Source of the DNA: Chara braunii
Taxonomy: Eukaryota > Plantae > Charophyceae
DNA length: 57,204 nt
Direction of reading: 5' to 3'
NCBI GenBank assembly: GCA_003427395.1
Contig: BFEA01000011.1
Location: forward strand, 6,302,195 to 6,359,398
This document shows positions 50,350 through 57,204 of the stretch, piece by piece. Positions within the stretch are counted from its first letter, which is position 1, and each line of letters opens with the position of its first letter. Below the pieces are notes generated by a model. It was not told where the DNA came from and did not search any database. It saw nothing but the letters and a program-made list of their open reading frames with translations. Made by a program: the position numbers and the translations under genes.

Positions 50350-51022
50350 ATTTGCAGCCCTTAGGCTGCGATATAGTGGGTTTCCGCGTCTGTGTCAAGG
50401 TGTCGCATTTTTTACGGCGGGCGACCAGGACGCAAAGTGGGTTCTTAGGGGGCAAAAAAAATTGGGGGACCGGTCCTTGCCAAAATTGCGGACTACCTGC
50501 ATCTAGCTCTGGTATAACCGGGACTTTTGGAAAAAGGAAGGACCGGTCCTTGGGTGGAAGTGGAACCCAATAAAAAGTTGGGGGCGTTGGACTGGTACCC
50601 GGGGCGCGGCGATTATTTCTCGGTCTAAATGATTTTTTAAAAATGTTCTTATATTTTTCCTAGAAAGAACACAACCTCATATATGGATTCTCAAAATTTT
50701 AGATTTTTCTGCGGGTTCCTCCGAGCACAAAAAATCGCCAAAGGTGCCTCTTGCAAAATGTCCGTTTCGTTACGCCTGACCTCCCTGTTTTGAGAAGACA
50801 GCCTCAACGCCTGGGCCTGAGGGCCCTTACCCCACCCGCACTTCTTTTCGGGGTCCACTTCCACCCGAGGACCGGTCCTTCCTTTTTCCAAAAGTCCTGG
50901 TTCTACCAGAGTTAGCTGTAGGTAGTCCGCAATTTTGGCAAGGACCGGTTCCCCAATTTTTTCTGGCCCTTAAGAACCCACTTTGGTTCTTGGTCGCCCG
51001 CCGCCAAAAATGCGACACCTTG
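50350..51022. repeat. Inverted repeat pair of the foldback-family internal module
   Basis: tcaaggtgtcgcatttt...ggaccggtccttgccaaaattgcggactacct (about 50395-50570) versus its reverse complement at about 50850-51022. Confidence 0.85.
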
Positions 51023-51205
51023 ATTGTCTACCGCGTGGGCGCGGGGAACGCAGCCCTAAGGTAGCCAAATCAATGAGACTAAGAGCTAACACGCGCGCGC
51101 GCGCGAGAGAGAGAGAGAGTTTTGTTCCATTTACTGTTATGAGTGTGAGAGAGAGGGAGGGGGGGACCTACCAGAGAGAGAGAGAGAAGGGGGGGGGAAC
51201 TACTC

Positions 51206-51272
<67 letters not shown>

Positions 51273-51312
51273 TCGGTTTGATGGTACAAGTGTGAGAGAG
51301 AGAGACACAAAG

Positions 51313-51370
<58 letters not shown>

Positions 51371-52688
51371 GTTTTTTCACGCATTCTTTTGAGCATGAAA
51401 GCTCACTAATTTTAGTTGGCCCAGGCATGGCTGAGTGGCAAAAATGGAAAATGTGTCGAATCGGCGCGACGATTATTTCGCAGTGTAAATTATTTTTTAT
51501 AAATGTTCTATTCGCAACCCTTAGGCTGCGGTGTAGTGGGCTTCCGCGTCTGTGTCAAGGTGTCGCATTTTTGGCGGCGGGCGACAAGGATGCAAAGTGG
51601 GTTCCTAGGGGGCAAAAAATTTGGGGGACCGGTCCTTGGCAAAACTGCGGACTACCTACAGCTATGTGGCGTTAACACTGTGTGGTGGCTACGTCGACGC
51701 CTGTGTTGGGTGTGTGTGACTGGGTACACCGGGTCGCGGGGCAAAACGAGTACCCGCGCTGGGGTGGGGTTAAGTGCTCATCTTGGGGCTTAACTTTCAC
51801 CCCAGTCCACTTAGCCGTTTGGTTGAGTGAAAGCCTCCTGATATGGAGGTCGAGCGTTCGATCCTTGTGGCCGGCTCGTGGTTGGTCTATGTTTACATAC
51901 GGCTAGCGTAGTATCTTGCAGTGCGTTAACACTGTGTGGTGACTACGTCGACGCCTGTGTTGGGTGTGTGTGACTGGGTACACCGGGTTGCGGGGGAAAA
52001 CGAGTACCCGCGTTGGGGTGGGGTCAAGTGCTCATCTTGGGGCTTAACTTTCACCCCAGTCCACTTAGCCGTTTGGTTGGGTGAAAGCCTCCTGATATGA
52101 TGGTTGCGTGTTCGATCCTTGTGGTCGGCTCGTGGTTGGTCTATGTTTACATACTTACCTACAGCTAGCTTTGCTAGAACTGAGACTTTTGGAAAAAGGA
52201 AGGACCGGTCCTCGGGTGGAAGTAGACCCCAAAAAGAATTGGGGGGCGTTGGTTCGCACCCCGGGTAGAAGCGGACCCCAAAAGAAGTGAGGGCATGTGA
52301 ACTGCAAAAGGGCCCTCAGGCCCAGACATTGAGCCCCGTCTTCTCAAAACAGGGAGGTCAGGCACAACGAAATAGGCGTTTTGCAAGAGGTAACTTTGAC
52401 GATTTTCTGTGCTCAAACGAACATGCACAAAAATATGAAATTTTGAGAATCCAAAGATGAGGTCGTGTTCTTTCCAGAAATAATAATATAACATTTAAAA
52501 AAAATCATTTACACTGCGAAATAATCGTCACACCGATTAGGCACATTTTCCATTTTTGCCACTCAGCCATGCCTGGGCCAATAAATTAAAAAAAATCATT
52601 CCAACTGCAAAATCGATCGCGACTGCAATTTGACCCATATTTAATTTCGCCATTTAGTCTCTCCCTCTCTCTCTCTCTCTCAGTCTCT

Positions 52689-52761
<73 letters not shown>

Positions 52762-52762
52762 N

Positions 52763-52847
<85 letters not shown>

Positions 52848-52878
52848 CGCGTGTGCGTGCACGCGCGTATCAATAAAT

Positions 52879-52941
<63 letters not shown>

Positions 52942-53021
52942 GCACGCGCACGCACGCCTCTCTCTCTATTTCTTTCTCTCTTTCACACTCATAACAATAA
53001 ATGAAACAAAACTCTCTCTCT

Positions 53022-53079
<58 letters not shown>

Positions 53080-53146
53080 TTAGCTCTTAGTCTCATTGAT
53101 TTCGCTACCTTAGGGCTGCGTTCCCCGCGCCCACGCGGTAGACAAT
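51023..53146. mobile_element. Foldback/long-TIR non-autonomous DNA element
   Basis: About 68-bp near-perfect terminal inverted repeats (attgtctaccgcgtgggcgcggggaacgcagccctaaggtagc...), then (GA)n/(TC)n arms, then inner IRs at 51415-51500 and 52500-52582. Confidence 0.8.
51665..52155 (+). mobile_element. Tandem (about 1.9 x 254 bp) tRNA-derived SINE-like insertion with 12-bp TSD
   Basis: Units start at 51669 and 51923. TSD TACCTACAGCTA at 51653-51664 and 52156-52167; the sister repeat near 50915 has a single copy. A-box-like TAGCCGTTTGG and B-box GTTCGATCC. Confidence 0.8.
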
Positions 53147-53640
53147 GATATCACTAGGTTGCTTGCATATTCTCCTCGTAGTTCCGAAGGAGCTTAGACA
53201 GGGACGTCAGGATAGTTCCCAGCCCGTCAGGGTTACATTTTATGCCCTTGAGACCTTCAACGTCAATTCAATTTTCAACGTCGGTGGTCGTTCGGGAGGG
53301 TGTGTAATTTTGATGTGAGGGCTTAGCAAGGGGCGATCCATACAAAGGACCAGTAGCTGCCCATAGGAGGGCGAGGAGGCCGCGGTCCTTGAGTTTTGAA
53401 CATTTGGAAATCGAAACGGTGTGGGTCCACTTTTCTCGAATAGAACTCGTACACATTGTATTCGAATACAACGTGTACCTTTTCCATTCGAGTTTCGAAA
53501 AGAAAAAACTCTTGTATTCCAATAGAACACTACTTGTTTTTTTGGGAGGTCAGCGCATGCCCTTGTGCTCCCCGCCACTGACATGCTGCACCCTGCAGGC
53601 CTCTGTCTCTCTCTCTTTCACACACACACACACACACACA

Positions 53641-53677
<37 letters not shown>

Positions 53678-53731
53678 ATTCACTCACTTGCACACACACA
53701 CAATCACACACACACATTCTCTTGTCTATTG

Positions 53732-53859
53732 GTGGGGAGCGCCACATGCTGGAAACTGGGTCCGGCGTCCCATGAACATCGTGAATAAAGCACCAGTGGG
53801 GAGCGCCACATGCTGGAAACTGGGTCCGGCGTCCCATGAACATGGTGAATAAAGCACCA
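53732..53859 (+). repeat. 64-bp tandem duplication
   Basis: gtggggagcgccacatgctggaaactgggtccggcgtcccatgaacat(c/g)gtgaataaagcacca occurs twice. Confidence 0.95.
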
Positions 53860-55295
53860 ACCGGGACCCCACACACGCACACTCTTCGAGTTGTGTATAG
53901 CGAACATGACAAAACATACACAGCATAATCACTACCTTACCCTTCCCCAACCACATCAACAAACAAACTACGGGCTGTGCACCCGTGCCTTCAGGCTGCA
54001 TCCGGTTTCCAGTGGGTGATGCTCCCTATAGATATGAGTGGAGCAGTCCCAAGAGCGGGGCTACTACTTAGGGTTGCTCTTATCGGCCCCAGCAATACCG
54101 TCTCAAGACAGGGGCTTAGTACCCGGAAAAAAAAGGTGTTCATGAGGCGATGGGCAAGAAGGGCTATCTGAGACCTTGCCACTTATTAGCTGCCAAGATG
54201 GACCCATGAATGGAAATCCTCGGGCCATTTCTCCTTCGCGGAGGTTACACAATGGGCGATGATTCTTTTACCAGACTGGATGGTAACGCAGACGCCAGTC
54301 GGTTCGACCTTGTGATTCATCCGACCATGTCACTGCAGATTCGGGCTCGGTCTTTCGCTCCTTCCCAGCCGCGCACTGCTTCTTGTTGTACTTGCGATCT
54401 ATCGATCCCCTCGCGGTGTGCATCGGACTGTGCATGAATTCTGATCAATTTGTTCGCGACCGAGAGCCTGATGCTCCAAGAAAGAAGCGCGCAAGAAAGG
54501 AAAAACACGAATTCTTCGAACGGGAGAACGCGAAGAACCTGACAGGGGAACGTGACGAAGTTTCTCCCGCCCTAGTCTTATGGTAGTTCAGGGCGAGTGG
54601 AAGCCGTTGAAGTCAAGGTCGGGCGGGATTAAGAGATGGTTGGCGGTGAAAGCGCCAAAGGCGGCGAGGCCTGCGTTCGGGGGGCGAGCTCGAGCGTGCA
54701 TCATGAGGATTAGGAGTTAGGCCGGTGGTCTATCCATGCGGCGCATACGATTCAGCAGACGTCGTGGTCGTAGGAGTTCGAGGCGCCGAATTGTCGGTGG
54801 GCTGCCATTTGGTATACAAACGGGCGAGTGGAGAGATGAATTGGTCTCCCACGGGACGAATTGGGGCCAGATACCTCCGGAGTAAGTCACTGCAGTTAGC
54901 CAAAATCATTGTTTGTTCTTCCCGTTTTGCTGCCCCCCTCTGCAGTCGCTCTAATTTCTAACCATCACCCTTTCTGCAATAGTTGGCCATGTCGGCGGCG
55001 TTTTCGTCTCTCAGCCTTGCTGGCTGCCTTTCCATCGGCCATTCCCTTGCCCCATGTCAACGTGTAACGTATGTTACTGAATGTGAAATCGTGGGGGGGT
55101 CACTTTGTACTTGTGGGTGCCGTCACTTTTCCATGCGATCGACACAAGTATTTAGAGGGGAGATTATCGGAGCTACAAGGCTGAAGCATGGGTGAAGAGA
55201 AATACAGCAATGAGAGGGCCAGGGGGGCAAAGAGGTAGGTAAGAGATCAAGGAGAGATAACAAGAGAGTTGAACGAGCGACCGAAGGAATGCAGG

Positions 55296-55296
<1 letters not shown>

Positions 55297-55344
<48 letters not shown>

Positions 55345-55394
55345 TGATGGAAGAAAGGAAGCGTGCAGGAATTGCGTAAGATATATAGATAGAG

Positions 55395-55479
<85 letters not shown>

Positions 55480-55480
55480 N

Positions 55481-55541
<61 letters not shown>
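55297..55541. repeat. (TG)n, (GATA)n and (GA)n microsatellites
   Basis: Directly visible. Confidence 0.95.
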
Positions 55542-55542
<1 letters not shown>

Positions 55543-55895
55543 AGGGAGGTACGGAGCGTCAACAGTCGGAGGAGGGTAGGACTGAGTTGCGATTTTGCTC
55601 TTACCGTGTCTGCTCTTTATGCTGAACTGTATTCTTTTTTCCAAACGCAGCGCTTTCAGACCGGTGTAGTTTTGACCCGGCAACGGCTAAGCAAGTGGTG
55701 CCGAGTTTGCGCAGGATTCTCAAAGCAGGTATGCCTTCCTACCGTTTCTCCCTTTTGTTTTCATCTGATTCATTTGTCTCTCTTGCCCTTCACCCCTCCC
55801 TCCGGAAGACACCGATACAAGAAAACAGGAAAGCTAAAGAATTGGATGAAGCAAAGAACGAAACAAATGCAGCGATCATATCTGGAAGACACGCA

Positions 55896-55960
<65 letters not shown>

Positions 55961-56797
55961 CCTGGCCGCGGAAGAGGCATTCGGCGCGGGATCAGGTGAT
56001 CAGGGCGGGCAGGTGATGGTATATTCTCACAAGGAGAATCAGGCAGTAGACGATTAGTTAGGAGGCTTGTTTAGGGGGCACTTGCCCACATCCGGGAATC
56101 ACGGCATATCAGCTGCGGCGGTTCCCCGCAGGGGTGTTTGGACGTGTAGCCTCGGCAAGTAAACGACGCCTCGACAAAAGGAGGTGGGGAACACGGTGAG
56201 GCGACCGTGGTGGGGGGGACGGGGGAGAGGGGAGTGTGGTCAATGTATGCCAGAAACAGCGGCAAGGGTCTGGGGGAGATGGGGACTCTGCTCCCCCTGT
56301 TGTTTGTCTGCGAACATGGTGATGATGTATGAGAGGTCAGGGAGAGATAAGGGGATTTAGACAGGACAGCTAAAGTACCGATGGGAGCACTAGAGAGAAG
56401 TGTGGAACGGAAACACATTGGGAAAACTCTTGCCGTCGAAGAAACGAAGTGGTGGTACATATTGGACACTATCTTATTAATTTATTCATGTTATATTTAT
56501 GATATATCAAAAGGCATCTGTGAACAGGGTCAGTGGGGAGGGGTCAGCGGTTGCAGAGCATAGGCGGGCGAGAGGAGTAAGGGGATGGAGAGTGACGAGG
56601 AAGTGGAGAATGGAGGGGAAGGAAGAGGGAAGTTGACGATGCGGAGTGATCTGGGTCAGGCAGGGACGGTGAGAGAGGTTAAAAGGGGAGATGTGAGGAT
56701 GATATGTGGAGAGGTGGTGTTTGAAGGTAATCCAGGCCGTCGTGAATTCTGTATGCCTATGCCTGCTTCTATCGGTTGAGAATGGAGTGAGAGAGGT

Positions 56798-57204
56798 TGT
56801 GGTTTGCTAGCTAATAAGGTGGCGATGCGGTCAGGTGAGGACAAGGATCAGACGTGCTGTCATCGTGGCTGCAGCGGCGGGAAGAGGGGTGAAGGGAAAA
56901 GGAATTGGCGGGAAGAGAAGTTGGCGGGAAGAGGAGTTGGCGGGAAGAGGAGTTGGCGGGAAGAGGAGTTGGCGGGAAGACGAAGTAAGGGAAAAGTGGT
57001 TTGCCAGCTAATAAGCTGGCGATGCGGTCAGGTGAGGAAAATAATCAGACGTGCTGTCACCGTGGCTGCGGCGGCGGGAAGAGGAATTGGCGGGAAGACG
57101 CATTGGGGGAAAAGTGGTTTGCTAGCTAATAAGGTGGCTGAGGAAAATAATCGGACGTGCTGTCACCGTGGCTGCGGCGGCGGGAAGAGGAATTGGCGGG
57201 AAGG
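56798..57204 (+). repeat. Nested tandem repeat: 16-bp ggcgggaagaggagtt units within larger repeated blocks
   Basis: tggtttgc(t/c)agctaataag...gacgtgctgtca(c/t)cgtggctgc occurs three times and runs off the window end. Confidence 0.9.

Noticed and set aside
51669-51760. Twister ribozyme suggested by TAACACTG
   Set aside because: The remaining conserved twister elements and pseudoknot pairings could not be found.
54210-54437. LINE APE endonuclease-like FT...SRFD motif
   Set aside because: Other APE motifs (GDFN, SDH) are absent.

Overview
Eukaryotic, repeat-saturated nuclear DNA with no intact host gene that I can support. The microsatellite load, plant-type organelle fragments, Gypsy elements and Penelope-like fragments suggest a large-genome streptophyte such as Chara (inference). 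Two diverged members of one Ty3/Gypsy family lie head-to-head. The + strand copy (about 23.7-43.8 kb) is decayed and reads gag-PR-RT-RH-INT, then a second Gag-like/coiled-coil/CCHC ORF in the env position behind a splice acceptor, then an interrupted 3' region ending in an LTR-like terminus. The - strand copy (about 11.8-21.6 kb) lacks pol and has its gag knuckle fused to the second ORF. Both carry arrays of short hairpins with compensatory base changes, one superficially CRISPR-like. Also present: several short hammerhead-ribozyme-bearing Penelope-like fragments in (TA)n, one with an apparent extra helix; a tandem tRNA-derived insertion with a 12-bp TSD; fragments of plastid 16S, mitochondrial-type rpl2 and trnG(GCC), and U6 snRNA; hAT-like MITEs; foldback elements; and one assembly gap. 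All alignments were made by eye and boundaries are approximate.
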